Origin: Candidatus Latescibacterota bacterium
Lineage (GTDB): Bacteria; Latescibacterota; UBA2968; UBA8231
DNA: 64,000 bases
Assembly: GCA_965217585.1 (NCBI GenBank)
Contig: OZ244561.1
Location: 4,736,001 to 4,800,000 of the forward strand
Direction of reading: 5' to 3'
Under the pieces are notes generated by a model. The model saw nothing but the letters and a program-made list of their open reading frames with translations, had not been told where the DNA came from and made no database searches. Below, piece by piece: positions 1 through 9,987 of this stretch (the first letter of the stretch is position 1; every line of letters begins with the position of its first letter). The translations under genes were made by a program, and so were the position numbers.

Positions 1-712
1 CCGCTGAAATTCCGTTCAGGTGGGCGTAAGGAGCGCGTTCAGGACGGTCTTGGTAGGGCGTCGGGTTATAACCGACAAAGAAGTGAGGACGCAATTCGTC
101 CGTGAGGTCGAAGACCGTGGATGTTAGGCCGAGCGGCTCAATAATATTGGCGTGGACGTATTCGATGTATGGCGTGCCGGCGACCCTGTACACCACCTCG
201 CCGAGTAAGCCAAATGCAAGGTTGGAGTATTTGAAAGCGGAGTCCTGCGGGATGACAATCCCCGTCTCCGGCAGTTTGCCAAGCATCTCTTCACGGCTTG
301 GGAAGTCGAGATCATGCCAACCGTGCGTCGGCGACTCGGTGACCAATCCGGAGCGGTGTGTCAACAATCGTCGGAGCGTCACACCATCGACATCGCTGCG
401 GATAGCGCGAGCTGAAGCAAATTCGGGAATGTGCTGTGCCAGTGGATCTTCCAACTTGAGTTGTCCCGCATCCCGCAACTGCATAATCGCAGTTGTCGTG
501 AACGTCTTGGTCACTGAGGCGATGCGGGCAATCGTGCTTTCAGTAGGTTTTTTGCCCGAATCGAGATCCGCGGCACCGAACCCGCCGAACCAAGCGAGTT
601 CTCGATCGCGGATAATGCCGAGTGCCATACCGGGAAGTCTATACTTGGCAACCGTTGTTGCTGCCAAGCGTTCGATGTCTGGTACCAAGGTTTGGAGAAT
701 ACAATCTGCCAT
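1..712 (-). CDS. Serine hydrolase, beta-lactamase/PBP class C family (runs off the window edge)
   Basis: Absent from the ORF track because no stop lies in the window. Manual translation from ATG 712 gives MADCILQTLVPDIERLAATTVAKYRLPGMALGIIRD..., with SxxK (IASVTK), LLTHRSG and FKYSN motifs. Confidence 0.9.
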   Translation of the reverse strand, partial: MADCILQTLVPDIERLAATTVAKYRLPGMALGIIRDRELAWFGGFGAADLDSGKKPTESTIARIASVTKTFTTTAIMQLRDAGQLKLEDPLAQHIPEFASARAIRSDVDGVTLRRLLTHRSGLVTESPTHGWHDLDFPSREEMLGKLPETGIVIPQDSAFKYSNLAFGLLGEVVYRVAGTPYIEYVHANIIEPLGLTSTVFDLTDELRPHFFVGYNPTPYQDRPERAPYAHLNGISA

Positions 713-779
713 TTGCTTTCCCAAATCCCATGGGCTGCCAATCACGCATCCCGTGCGCGAATGCGGCCAACGCCGTGCC

Positions 780-1931
780 CTACGCTTGATCCAGCGCCCA
801 CCGGGTAGCCGCCACGTGAGTTACGCTGTCGCCGAGGGTCATGTAGTACAGGGTGAACAGCGAGCCGTCCGCAAGCTCGACTGTCCGTGGATAACCCAGA
901 TCGGCGGGCGTGCCTTTCCCGGCCACCGTCCCATCGGTGGTGAGACCGTCGTCGCGCAGTACGATCTCGTCCGCGATTTCCCACGTTTCGCAGCCGTCGC
1001 GAGACAGGCAGCCCCGCACCCCGTATGGAGCCCGCCGGTATCCGTAGCTGCAGAGGACATCGCCGCTGCTTAGCAGCAACAGGTGCGGAGGATATCCCCA
1101 CATCTCGGTCTTTCTGACCTTACTCCAGGTTTTCCCGCCGTCGTCCGAGTGCGTCTGAAACAGGTACTTTTCTTCCTGTGGAATGGCTTTGCTGCCGCTG
1201 GACGTGCGCACCATCGCCACGATGCGTCCGTTCGGCAGCGCCAGGAGGTAGCTCTCGTTGAACGGATGCTCCCCGCCGTCGTCCGCCATCGTCACCATCT
1301 CCCAGGTGTCGCCGCCATCTTCCGAGCGCAGCACCCAGGCCCGGAACGGATCGCCTGCCGAGGCGCTGCCGTACACCTGATGCACGATCGTATCGTCCGC
1401 GAGAACGCAGCTCTTCAGGTCAGCCCCGTTGCGGATCAGGGCGAAGAACGGCAGCTCTTCGCCACTCCTGAGCAGACGACTCTCCCAGTCGCTTTCTCCC
1501 GGTCGCTTGCGCGACATCTGCAGGCTGTGCTCCACGTGGATGCGTTCGGGGAACTCCTCCACCGCAAAACCGCGTCGCACAAACTCCTCCCTGCGCTCGG
1601 GCGGGTACGCGTTGACGGGCCTGGAGATCCTGATCTGGGTGCCGTCGCTCAGCACGGCGCTTCTCAGCGTCTCCGGGCATTCGCGGTACTGGTCGTCCTT
1701 CCCCTCCTCAAACCAGCTGCCTCCGCCGTCCGGAGAGAACAGCTCCACGTGACCGGTTGCGCCTCCCGCCAGTCCACCTGAATGAGAGTGCGCTGCACCT
1801 TCGACGCCACGCGCCAGCGGTGTGTGGGAGTTCCAGTTGAAACCGACCCAGAGCTCGTCGCGGTCTCCCTTTACCACGGTCGGGAAGCTGGAATACCGAG
1901 CGTCGTCCCAGTACAACACAGAATAATTCAT
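780..1931 (-). CDS. Sialidase-family (BNR/Asp-box) beta-propeller protein
   Basis: Asp-boxes SPDGGGSW, SEDGGDTW, SDDGGKTW, SRDGCETW and C-terminal DLGYP motif. Confidence 0.85.
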   Translation of the reverse strand: MNYSVLYWDDARYSSFPTVVKGDRDELWVGFNWNSHTPLARGVEGAAHSHSGGLAGGATGHVELFSPDGGGSWFEEGKDDQYRECPETLRSAVLSDGTQIRISRPVNAYPPERREEFVRRGFAVEEFPERIHVEHSLQMSRKRPGESDWESRLLRSGEELPFFALIRNGADLKSCVLADDTIVHQVYGSASAGDPFRAWVLRSEDGGDTWEMVTMADDGGEHPFNESYLLALPNGRIVAMVRTSSGSKAIPQEEKYLFQTHSDDGGKTWSKVRKTEMWGYPPHLLLLSSGDVLCSYGYRRAPYGVRGCLSRDGCETWEIADEIVLRDDGLTTDGTVAGKGTPADLGYPRTVELADGSLFTLYYMTLGDSVTHVAATRWALDQA

Positions 1932-2034
1932 AGGCGTATTGGTTCAAATGCTATAGATTCGCCCCAATTGCAAACCGTCCAATGATAGACAAACCGCGGG
2001 CGCGCGCAAAACGCGGGTCTGCAACGAGGGCATC

Positions 2035-3588
2035 ATGCAGCCGATAGATATTGGATCGAGCAAGCAGCTTTTCGTCGACGATCGCTTCATCGCCACTGGC
2101 AACGGAGTGGAGCTCGCGATGAATCCACCCTACCAGGCCACGGAGCCGGTGGTGACCGTTGGCGCCCCTTGGGAAGACCCGTCCAACACGAGCTTTGGCA
2201 TTTACAGCAGCGTGTTGCGGGAAGATGACGGTCGCATCCGGCTGTGGTATCACGTGCGCAGGGCAAAGGAGGAATCCGAGCTCAGCCTCGACCAGGCCTA
2301 CGTCGGCTATGCCGAATCGACGGACGGCATCCACTTCGACAAGCCGGAGCTGAACCTAATCGACGAGGGCGGGTCGACCCTCAACAACGTCGTCATCCCG
2401 AGCAAGCTCGGTGGCAGCTCGGTCTGGATCGACCCGCATGCCCCGCCCGAGGAGCGCTACAAGAACCAGTCGAAGGTCTACAATCCCAATGTGGCGATGC
2501 AGTTCCACATGCACAGCTCGCCGGACGGCATCCACTGGACCTTCCTTCGTCGCATACAGCTCGAACAGCGCGGCGGCTGGGATACGCAGAGCATCATTTT
2601 CTGGGATCCGGCAATCGGGCGGTACGTCCTCTACACCCGCCGCTGGGTCGCAAAACGCCACACCACCGCCCAAGGAAATGAGAACTTCCGGACGGTCAGA
2701 AGGCTCGAGTCCGACGATCTCATCAACTGGGACAACCAGAAGACGGTCATGTCCCCGGACGAGGTAGACCTGGCGACATACGAGACCGGTGCGCCGTTGG
2801 ATCCCACCGCGCCGGAAAAACCCTACGGCAGGGTGCCAATGGACTATTACGGCGCAGCCGTGTTCAAGTATCCGGACCCGCACGGCGTGTACGTCATGCT
2901 CGCCAACGCCAATTGGTACTGGTTCAACCGCGAGCCGGTGGTGACCATGGTCCGCGACGACCTCGATGTCGTGCGCACCGAGACGCAGCAGATCTACGGG
3001 CCCAGCCGCTTCGACGTGCGCCTGTCGGTGAGTCGCGACGGAGTGGACTTCCAGCGCTGTGGCGGACGCCGGCCCTTCCTGAGCCCGGGGCCCGAAGGCA
3101 GTTTCTCCTCACGCATGATCTGGGCAATGCCGCATCCGGTCCGGATGGGTGACGAAATCTGGATCTACTACAGCGGCACCAACAGGGACCACGACGGCCT
3201 CCTCGACCCGGCGGGCAAGGGCCACCTTTCCGGCATCGGTCGCGCGATTCTTCGGTTGGACGGGTTCGTATCGGCGGATGCGGGCTACGGCGGCGGCGAA
3301 ATCGTCACGCCGATTGTCCGCTTCGAGGGCGAGCGTTTGGAGCTGAACCTCGACACCGGGGGCGGCGGCGCGGTGCGCGTGGAGCTTCAGGATGCGTACG
3401 GCCGACCGGTCAGCGGCTACACAGAGCGCGATGCGTCCTACATCTGCGGCAATTCGGTGCGCATGCCGGTCCGCTGGGGGAAGAGCTGGGATGTCAGCTC
3501 ATTATCCGGGAAACCGATCCGGATCCGTTTTGTCATGCGCGACTGCAAGCTGTACGCGTTTCAGTTCGTCGACTCGCCGAGCTCGTAA
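2035..3588 (+). CDS. Putative five-bladed beta-propeller glycoside-hydrolase-like protein with C-terminal beta-sandwich
   Basis: 517 aa; KQLFVDD start, YAESTDGIHF, SPDGIHW, DTQSIIFWD, SRDGVDF, LRLDGFVS and KLYAFQF motifs. Confidence 0.7.
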   Translation: MQPIDIGSSKQLFVDDRFIATGNGVELAMNPPYQATEPVVTVGAPWEDPSNTSFGIYSSVLREDDGRIRLWYHVRRAKEESELSLDQAYVGYAESTDGIHFDKPELNLIDEGGSTLNNVVIPSKLGGSSVWIDPHAPPEERYKNQSKVYNPNVAMQFHMHSSPDGIHWTFLRRIQLEQRGGWDTQSIIFWDPAIGRYVLYTRRWVAKRHTTAQGNENFRTVRRLESDDLINWDNQKTVMSPDEVDLATYETGAPLDPTAPEKPYGRVPMDYYGAAVFKYPDPHGVYVMLANANWYWFNREPVVTMVRDDLDVVRTETQQIYGPSRFDVRLSVSRDGVDFQRCGGRRPFLSPGPEGSFSSRMIWAMPHPVRMGDEIWIYYSGTNRDHDGLLDPAGKGHLSGIGRAILRLDGFVSADAGYGGGEIVTPIVRFEGERLELNLDTGGGGAVRVELQDAYGRPVSGYTERDASYICGNSVRMPVRWGKSWDVSSLSGKPIRIRFVMRDCKLYAFQFVDSPSS

Positions 3589-3755
3589 CTGTACAGGTGC
3601 GATCCGGACCCGAAGTAGACCCACCCTGCCTGACCGGCGGCCGCCGCCGGCTGCTCCCACAAGGTCGGCTGCGTAGAGCTGGGCGGCGTTTTGGCGGTGG
3701 CGGCGCAAGAGCGCGGCGGTGCCGATCCGCGGCGAAGTGACCCATGCTGGTGGAG

Positions 3756-4076
3756 CTAATCGAGGTGAAAGACCTCTTCTAGTTCGATTATTGCGTCTTT
3801 GGGGCCGCCCTCCGGGATCTCAACCAACCCCTCGTTGGCCTCACCCCAACGCTGCACGACCTCTTCCGAGAGAAAGCCGTCGAGGGCCGTGGCAAGATCC
3901 GTCTCGGTCTCAAAATAGCCGAAGACGAGGCCGTCTTCGTTCATAAAGAGCGAGTAGCGATGCCAGCCGTGGCGAGTGATGGCCGCGCAGACTTCGGGCC
4001 ACACTTGGCGATGCACTTTCTTGTACTCGGCGATCCGATCCTTTTTAACTTGCATCTGGAAACCAACTCGTCGCAT
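3756..4076 (-). CDS. rhaM: L-rhamnose mutarotase family protein
   Basis: MRRVGFQMQVK...EYKKVHRQVWPE...YSLF...LEEVFHLD; start moved to ATG 4076 behind a GAGGAG RBS. Confidence 0.85.
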   Translation of the reverse strand: MRRVGFQMQVKKDRIAEYKKVHRQVWPEVCAAITRHGWHRYSLFMNEDGLVFGYFETETDLATALDGFLSEEVVQRWGEANEGLVEIPEGGPKDAIIELEEVFHLD

Positions 4077-4079
4077 TTG
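4062..4079. repeat. 18-bp direct repeat, copy covering the rhaM start
   Basis: accaactcgtcgcatttg, identical to 4734-4751. Confidence 0.9.
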
Positions 4080-4089
4080 ATTAAGCTCC

Positions 4090-4668
4090 TCACTCGGCCC
4101 ATATATTGTCCAGCTCCAACGCAAACTTCGGCAGCACCGGCTCGCCAGAAACAGCGCTCATGCCGATCAACGCCTCCACAGGCTGTCCGCGGCGATACAC
4201 TTCCACCCGGAGTTCCGACGGGTCAATCAACCAGCCCAATTGTGCTCCACACGCCGCGTACTCGCGCATCTTCTCTTGTACCCCATAGAGGGCGTCGCTC
4301 TCCGAGCGCAGCTCGACGACAAAGTCGGGACACAACGGCAAAAAATGCCGGCGCTCCTCAGTGCTCAACCCTTCCAGTCGCCCTTTTTCTACCCAAGCCG
4401 CATCGGGCGAGCGGACGGTGCCGTTGGGCAGGCGGAAGCCGCCGGAAGAATCAAATAAAACCCCTGTCCCATCTCGCCTAGCCCATACCCCCAATTGCAC
4501 AATAATCTCGGCGTTGCGCCGACTAGTCTCTCCTCCAGTAGGCGGCATGATAACTACATCTCCCTCGGCGGTGCGTTCTAGGCGCATGTCTGGATTGTTC
4601 CGGCAGAGAGCATAGAAGTGCTCGTCATCCATATTGACCACGGATTCCATACGTAGCACCATTTCCAT
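4090..4668 (-). CDS. Uma2 family putative endonuclease
   Basis: RLERTAEG, IMPPTGG, FDSSGGFRLPNG, RSPDAAW, CPDFVVELRS and GWLIDP motifs; start set at ATG 4668 behind AAGGAG. Confidence 0.92.
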   Translation of the reverse strand: MEMVLRMESVVNMDDEHFYALCRNNPDMRLERTAEGDVVIMPPTGGETSRRNAEIIVQLGVWARRDGTGVLFDSSGGFRLPNGTVRSPDAAWVEKGRLEGLSTEERRHFLPLCPDFVVELRSESDALYGVQEKMREYAACGAQLGWLIDPSELRVEVYRRGQPVEALIGMSAVSGEPVLPKFALELDNIWAE

Positions 4669-4733
4669 CGTCGCGCTCCTTTTTTGTACGTAGCCGTGCA
4701 TTCATGCCATAATTTACACCAAATACGGACTTT

Positions 4734-4751
4734 ACCAACTCGTCGCATTTG
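4734..4751. repeat. 18-bp direct repeat, orphan copy of the rhaM start upstream of Uma2
   Basis: Identical to 4062-4079; lies directly after the stop of the 4753-5295 gene. Confidence 0.9.
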
Positions 4752-4752
4752 C

Positions 4753-5295
4753 TCAAACCCCTTTGAAATTGTCCATGTCCGGCACAATGGACTGCCCACG
4801 CTCCAAGTCGAAGTCGATTTCCACGGAGTGCGCTTGGTAATCTTGGTCGCCGCGCGTGGTCTGATACACGTCGTGACCCTCGACGCAGATGGGCATGGTG
4901 TGCCACACCCCCAGATGCAAGCAGACGCCCACATCGCCCGCCGAGTAAAAAGCGCGCAGTTCCTCGGCCTGGATGTCGTCTTGGATCGCCCCGACGAGAA
5001 ACACGCTCGGCGAGTGCAAGCTGGGGTAAAATGACTGGCCGGCGTCCGTGTGAAAGGCAAAATGGGCGCGCTCTAGCCCCTCGGAGATGGGCACCCGCTG
5101 GGGATGGGGTGCGTACCAGCCGGGGCCATCTTTGGGCTCGGGGCTTGGCGTGGCAAGGACCGGGTAGGCGTTGGTGGCATAACCGCCTTTGACCTTGTCC
5201 GGCTTGCGCTCCTCAAAGGTGCGAATCACGTGGCCGAAGGGGGCAAAGGTCTCGGGCACGAGCGGTTCAACCGGGATTTTCACGAGGTTCCACAT
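4753..5295 (-). CDS. Ureidoglycolate-lyase-like cupin protein
   Basis: IPVEPLVPETFAPFGHVI N-terminus, H..GQSFYP and GVWHTMP motifs as in the AllA family; substrate uncertain. Confidence 0.7.
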   Translation of the reverse strand: MWNLVKIPVEPLVPETFAPFGHVIRTFEERKPDKVKGGYATNAYPVLATPSPEPKDGPGWYAPHPQRVPISEGLERAHFAFHTDAGQSFYPSLHSPSVFLVGAIQDDIQAEELRAFYSAGDVGVCLHLGVWHTMPICVEGHDVYQTTRGDQDYQAHSVEIDFDLERGQSIVPDMDNFKGV

Positions 5296-5320
5296 GGCAA
5301 TCTCCTCTCGTTGGCATGGG

Positions 5321-6565
5321 TTAGTCGATGCCTAAGGCGGCGTCTATCTCCGCTTGATAGGCGTACGATTGGCAGGATTCGACCGCGCTGAGCGCCACCG
5401 GGCCGCCGGCGCGCCACGACTCGAAGACCGCGTAGAGCGCGGCCACGTCCTTTAGGCCGCAGCGGCCATCCACTTCGACTGCGCGCTGGCCGCGAATGGC
5501 TTCGGCTATTTCGTGCAGCTCATAGGCGATCAGCTTCAGATCAACGAGCGGGTCGCCGGCCGAGACGCCGCTCGGAAAGAGGTAGCGAGTTAGCGGGTCG
5601 AATGTCAGTCCCGCGCCCTCGGCAGACGCGAGGATTTGCTCTTGGCTCAGGGACTCGGCTCCGTGCCGCGCAAGCGTTATACGCCCTCCGCGCACGCCAA
5701 AGCCGTCAATGCTGCCGTCGGTGCCCATGATTAGCTCGCGGTGCGCGCCCGCGTGGCCGGCGATTCCGACGAGCCAGTTCAGGGTCGCGCCGCTCTCCAT
5801 CTTGAAGATCGCCTGGGTCATGTCCTCGGCCGCGGCCGGTACGCGCGCTGGCATGGCCGCGAAGCGCTTTTTGTAGAACTCGTAGGCCATGGACATGGAT
5901 GCCGATTTTTGCCGCTCTGGCTCCACCATCCGCGCATCGGCATAGACTTCGGCAAAATCCCCCAATTGGTAGCGGATCATGTGGGTGAAGTGGACGGCCA
6001 TATCGAGGATAAAGCCGCCCAACTCCCGGCGGTGCCGCCAGGGGGTGATAAAAATGGAATTGCCCGCGCCGAGCGAGTGGTACAACCCCATATAGGGCGT
6101 GCCGATGGCACCGGTGTCGATCAGGTGGCGCACGATGCGGGCCGAAGGGTCGCGGCGGAAATTTTCGGCCACGGAGACAATGCGTTCGTTGCGCGCGGCT
6201 GCGTCGAGGATCCGCTGGCAAGCCCGCACTGTGATGGCCAGCGGCTTTTCCACTAGCACGTGCAATCCCAAGTCGAGGGCCTCGCAGACGACGGTGTGAT
6301 GCACAGAAGGATCGGTGACCACGTCCACGGCTTCTAAGTCCGGCACCTGTTGGACCATCGCCTCCATATTGGTGCAGACCTTGGGGCGGACCCCAAGGAG
6401 CTGCTCGGCTTCGGCGGCGGCCATCTCGGCGTTTTCCGCGCTGATGTCGCACACCGCGCTCAGTTCGACCGAGTCGAAGGGGGAGTCGGCTAGCTGCTTG
6501 AGGCCGTGCAGATGGCGGGTGCCCATGCCGCCGCAGCCGACGAGGGCTAGGCGCACCTTGTCCAT
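5321..6565 (-). CDS. Gfo/Idh/MocA family oxidoreductase
   Basis: LVGCGGMG Rossmann motif, HVLVEKPLA, VAENFRRDP, DMAVH. Confidence 0.93.
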   Translation of the reverse strand: MDKVRLALVGCGGMGTRHLHGLKQLADSPFDSVELSAVCDISAENAEMAAAEAEQLLGVRPKVCTNMEAMVQQVPDLEAVDVVTDPSVHHTVVCEALDLGLHVLVEKPLAITVRACQRILDAAARNERIVSVAENFRRDPSARIVRHLIDTGAIGTPYMGLYHSLGAGNSIFITPWRHRRELGGFILDMAVHFTHMIRYQLGDFAEVYADARMVEPERQKSASMSMAYEFYKKRFAAMPARVPAAAEDMTQAIFKMESGATLNWLVGIAGHAGAHRELIMGTDGSIDGFGVRGGRITLARHGAESLSQEQILASAEGAGLTFDPLTRYLFPSGVSAGDPLVDLKLIAYELHEIAEAIRGQRAVEVDGRCGLKDVAALYAVFESWRAGGPVALSAVESCQSYAYQAEIDAALGID

Positions 6566-6568
6566 TGG

Positions 6569-7087
6569 CTACTCCTGCCAGTTAGGGACGCTGCTCATGT
6601 CGGGCAGCAGGGCCAAGCCGCGGTCTTGGTCGAAGTGAACGTCAACCGAGTGGTCGTGATAATTCTGGTTGCCGCGCGCGGTTAGGTACACCTCCTCGCC
6701 GCGCAAGCACACGGGCATGGTGTGCCACACCTTTAGGTGCATGCAGATGCCGGTGCTGCCGTCGGAGTAAAAGGCGCGCAGATCCTCCGGCTCAATCATC
6801 GGCTGGATCTGGGCGACGAAAAAGATGGTCGGGCAGTGCCGACTCGGATAAAAGGACTGCCCGGCATCGTCGTGAAAGGCAAAGTGCGCCCGCAGCCGGC
6901 CCTCGGATAGGTCGAGCTGGTCGGATGTGGGGTCTTTTACTTCGGCCCGCACGGAGTAGGCGCGCTCGACCAGCTCTCCTACCACGACCTCGGGTTTGGC
7001 CTCGTCAAAGGTGGAGATGACTTGCCCGAAAGGGGCAAAGGCCGAGGGGGTCAGCGGCTCCGCGGGAACCTTGAGAATTTTTAGCAT
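6569..7087 (-). CDS. Ureidoglycolate-lyase-like cupin protein (paralog of 4753-5295)
   Basis: VPAEPLTPSAFAPFGQVI, AHFAFHDDAGQSFYP, VWHTMPVC. Confidence 0.7.
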   Translation of the reverse strand: MLKILKVPAEPLTPSAFAPFGQVISTFDEAKPEVVVGELVERAYSVRAEVKDPTSDQLDLSEGRLRAHFAFHDDAGQSFYPSRHCPTIFFVAQIQPMIEPEDLRAFYSDGSTGICMHLKVWHTMPVCLRGEEVYLTARGNQNYHDHSVDVHFDQDRGLALLPDMSSVPNWQE

Positions 7088-7113
7088 GGCAATGCTCCTT
7101 TGTCAGATTAAAT

Positions 7114-9078
7114 TCAACCCCAGAATATCACGTTCCAAGTCATGCCGGTGAAGTGATCGATAATCAGATAGAAACCGCCGGGGGTGAAATAGCCGAGGAT
7201 CATCCCCATGAAAAAGGGCCTCGTCTTCAGATAGAGCCGCACGCCCCCGTATTTGAGCACGAGCACCTTGACCCCCCAAGCGATGAACATATTGAACCAC
7301 AGGTGGTCCATGATCCAGATCGGCCCAATCACGTAGCCCAGCGGATGCAGGGGCCACCAGGCGTAGAGCCAGCGCATGACCATCAACCCGGTCATAATCG
7401 CCGCACCAATCCCCATATTGACCCAGCCCCAGCCGTATAAATCGGTCGGCGTGCGGATGAGTTTCTCCACATAGCCGTAGTTGCCGCCTCCCCAGAGCCA
7501 CAAGTTGATCGCTCCGTACTTGTGGCTGAGTAGCATCACCATCCACAATGCCGCGCCCATGGCTACGACCAGCGCCAGCACGATGATCCAAAAGAGCGGC
7601 CGGCGATTGCGCCCCAATTCCTCGCCTAGCCGCAAACTGTTGGCGCAGGAGACCATGACGAAATTGCGTCCGGTGGTCCACAGGAAGGTCGTCGCCAGCA
7701 CGACTAGACCTTGGGAACCGATGACCGACGAACCCACCGCGGACACTAAAATCCCCACTGGTACTACCGGCGGCGAGCCGTCCGAGAGCCCGCCCTCGGC
7801 CACCACCCGCGAATAGCCAAAGATGATGACGACGCCGAGGAAGAGAATGGCCAGCCCGAAAGTCAGCGGCAGCCCGGCCAGCCACAGCCAACCTACTATC
7901 GTCAGACAAGAGGCTATCAGCATGATCAGGGCCGCGCGGTAGGAGAGAATCTCGTCGCTGTCGTCAATGCTCTCGTCGCCTTTGACGGCCTTGCGCCACA
8001 CGCCCTTTAGATGCTTGCGCGCCGTCCAGATGCCGCCTAAAAAGAGCACGAGAATCGCGCCCATCGACTGGTAGGCCAAAAAGGGGTCGTGTACCGCGTG
8101 GCCGGCCCTCCCCGTCTCACTACTAATCACGCCCAGAATGCCAAAAATGCCGCGCACCGCAAAAGAGAGCAGGTTGAAAAACCACAGGCTGAAGGCAATA
8201 TCGGTCTTGAGAAAATAGAAGAAGCCGATGATGTTGAAGCGCAGTGCGACATATAGGTCGGCTGTGCGGCGGAAAACCGGCACATCCATGCGTATTGGAT
8301 CGACGTTCTGGGCGATGGGAATGATCTCGGGAAAGTAGTTGTACAGCCCGTGCAATGTGCCCCAGAGCGCGGGGATGGCAAAACCGGCCCACATGATGGG
8401 GTTTTTGAAGAAGGGACTTAGCTTTTGGTCGTCTTCACCCTCCTCGGTCATCGCTAGTGGCACCTGCATCAGCGGATAGATCAGCCGCTCGTGCTGGATC
8501 CACTGTTTGCGCAGGATCGCCATGAAGGAAATCATCATTAGGAAGAGAGCGCAGATAAAGGGCGTCCACACCCCGATGATTGTGCGCCAGACTTCCCAAG
8601 GAATCGCTTCGTCCCGTCCACTGCCCTCGTAGAACTTGCGGACGGTCTCCACGTCGTGGACCATCAGCCAGTCGGGGATATAGGGGTGGATCAGTTGCCG
8701 CCACTCGTTTTCGGCGGTGGCGTAGTAGAAGGGGTAGCTAATGGCGCTGAGGAACTTGCCGACGAAGAGGGTCGGGATCGGCGAGGCCATTACCATCATA
8801 GCATAGACGACCAGCAGTTCGCGCCGATTTAACCCCAATCGCGGGTGTATAAGTTTGAGCAGGGGATTAATAAAAAGGGTCAGCAGAAAAAGGATAAACA
8901 CCGCCCCAGGCATACTGGTGCCCAAGGCCATAAAAGAGCCGTGTAGATAGAGGGTTCCGTAGGCGGCCCCGGCCGACACGCTGAAGGCCCCGGCGCATCC
9001 GACTAGCACGGATTTGACGGTAAAAGCCGGTACTGCGTTTGCCTCCTTAGGCGCTGTCCGCTCGGGTGTTGTAGACAT
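7114..9078 (-). CDS. DUF6785/DUF6784-type multi-pass membrane protein (putative OPT-like transporter)
   Basis: 654 aa, many hydrophobic segments; LRKQWIQHERLIYPL, WWPLHPLGY and PFFMGMILG motifs shared with 25084-26994. Confidence 0.75.
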   Translation of the reverse strand: MSTTPERTAPKEANAVPAFTVKSVLVGCAGAFSVSAGAAYGTLYLHGSFMALGTSMPGAVFILFLLTLFINPLLKLIHPRLGLNRRELLVVYAMMVMASPIPTLFVGKFLSAISYPFYYATAENEWRQLIHPYIPDWLMVHDVETVRKFYEGSGRDEAIPWEVWRTIIGVWTPFICALFLMMISFMAILRKQWIQHERLIYPLMQVPLAMTEEGEDDQKLSPFFKNPIMWAGFAIPALWGTLHGLYNYFPEIIPIAQNVDPIRMDVPVFRRTADLYVALRFNIIGFFYFLKTDIAFSLWFFNLLSFAVRGIFGILGVISSETGRAGHAVHDPFLAYQSMGAILVLFLGGIWTARKHLKGVWRKAVKGDESIDDSDEILSYRAALIMLIASCLTIVGWLWLAGLPLTFGLAILFLGVVIIFGYSRVVAEGGLSDGSPPVVPVGILVSAVGSSVIGSQGLVVLATTFLWTTGRNFVMVSCANSLRLGEELGRNRRPLFWIIVLALVVAMGAALWMVMLLSHKYGAINLWLWGGGNYGYVEKLIRTPTDLYGWGWVNMGIGAAIMTGLMVMRWLYAWWPLHPLGYVIGPIWIMDHLWFNMFIAWGVKVLVLKYGGVRLYLKTRPFFMGMILGYFTPGGFYLIIDHFTGMTWNVIFWG

Positions 9079-9099
9079 TAGCTAGCTAGCGCAGAAGGA

Positions 9100-9915
9100 T
9101 CAGCCATAAAACCTAGCAACCAATTCGGCCGGCTTGCCATCTACCGTCGCCGGATCCAGCGCCTGTGCGCCGAAGACCACGGGAAAGGTTTGGCCGGTGT
9201 CCCGGGTGCGGGTCTCAGCATCCATATAGGTTGCGCTGAAAGCGCGGCGGGCCGACGCGGTGGAGTTGGGCCCCGAGCGATGCAACAGAAAATTGTGTAG
9301 TAGAATGGCCTCCCCTGCCTCGGCTTCCAAATTGATCACCGCCTCCGGGGGCGTGTATTGGGCCTCTTGCTCGGCGGGGAGAAAGTGCCGCTCGTTGATT
9401 ATGCCGTGCTTGTTGCTACCCGGCGCGATCTGCATGCAGCCGGTGGCTGTGGTCGCGTCGTCGAGCGCCGTCCACACCGTGACGATGGGATTGGTGTCGA
9501 TGCCCCAGCCAATCCCCACGTCCTGATGCCAGGGCAGTTCCCGACGGAGTTCGGGCGGTTTGTTCATAAACATCGAGCGGAAGACCGAGATCTCCTCGCC
9601 GATGTAGCGGCGGGCAATCTGGTGGAAGAGCGGATGCTGGATATAGGCGAGAAAAAGCGGATCCTGCTCTAGGTCGTCGATGCGCCGGTACGCGAGCGTC
9701 TGCACCTCGTTGCCCATGGTGCGGCGCACTTCGCCGTCTTCTTCGACGACCTGCAAGCGCATGTGCTGGTAGCGGACGCGGCCCAGCATGATGTCGTCGA
9801 TGCGCTGCTGCAAGGCGGCCAATTCGTCCGGGGACAGGACGTTGCCCAGCCGCAGGTAGCCTTGATCCATGAACTGCTCGTGATGCGCATCGTCAAAGGT
9901 GGAAAGAGCTTGCAT
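9100..9915 (-). CDS. PhyH family Fe(II)/2-oxoglutarate dioxygenase
   Basis: PWHQD, WTALDDAT..TGCM, LHRSGPN...RRA; start moved to MQALST. Confidence 0.9.
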   Translation of the reverse strand: MQALSTFDDAHHEQFMDQGYLRLGNVLSPDELAALQQRIDDIMLGRVRYQHMRLQVVEEDGEVRRTMGNEVQTLAYRRIDDLEQDPLFLAYIQHPLFHQIARRYIGEEISVFRSMFMNKPPELRRELPWHQDVGIGWGIDTNPIVTVWTALDDATTATGCMQIAPGSNKHGIINERHFLPAEQEAQYTPPEAVINLEAEAGEAILLHNFLLHRSGPNSTASARRAFSATYMDAETRTRDTGQTFPVVFGAQALDPATVDGKPAELVARFYG

Positions 9916-9987
9916 AATGTGGTCTCCTTTTTTGGTGGCAGGGGTATAATACAATGTCTAGGGTGCGCTCGTGCAACGCCGCTGCGA

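Noticed and set aside
102-1073. 323-aa plus-strand ORF
   Set aside because: It is the antisense shadow of the serine hydrolase and sialidase genes, with no motifs of its own.
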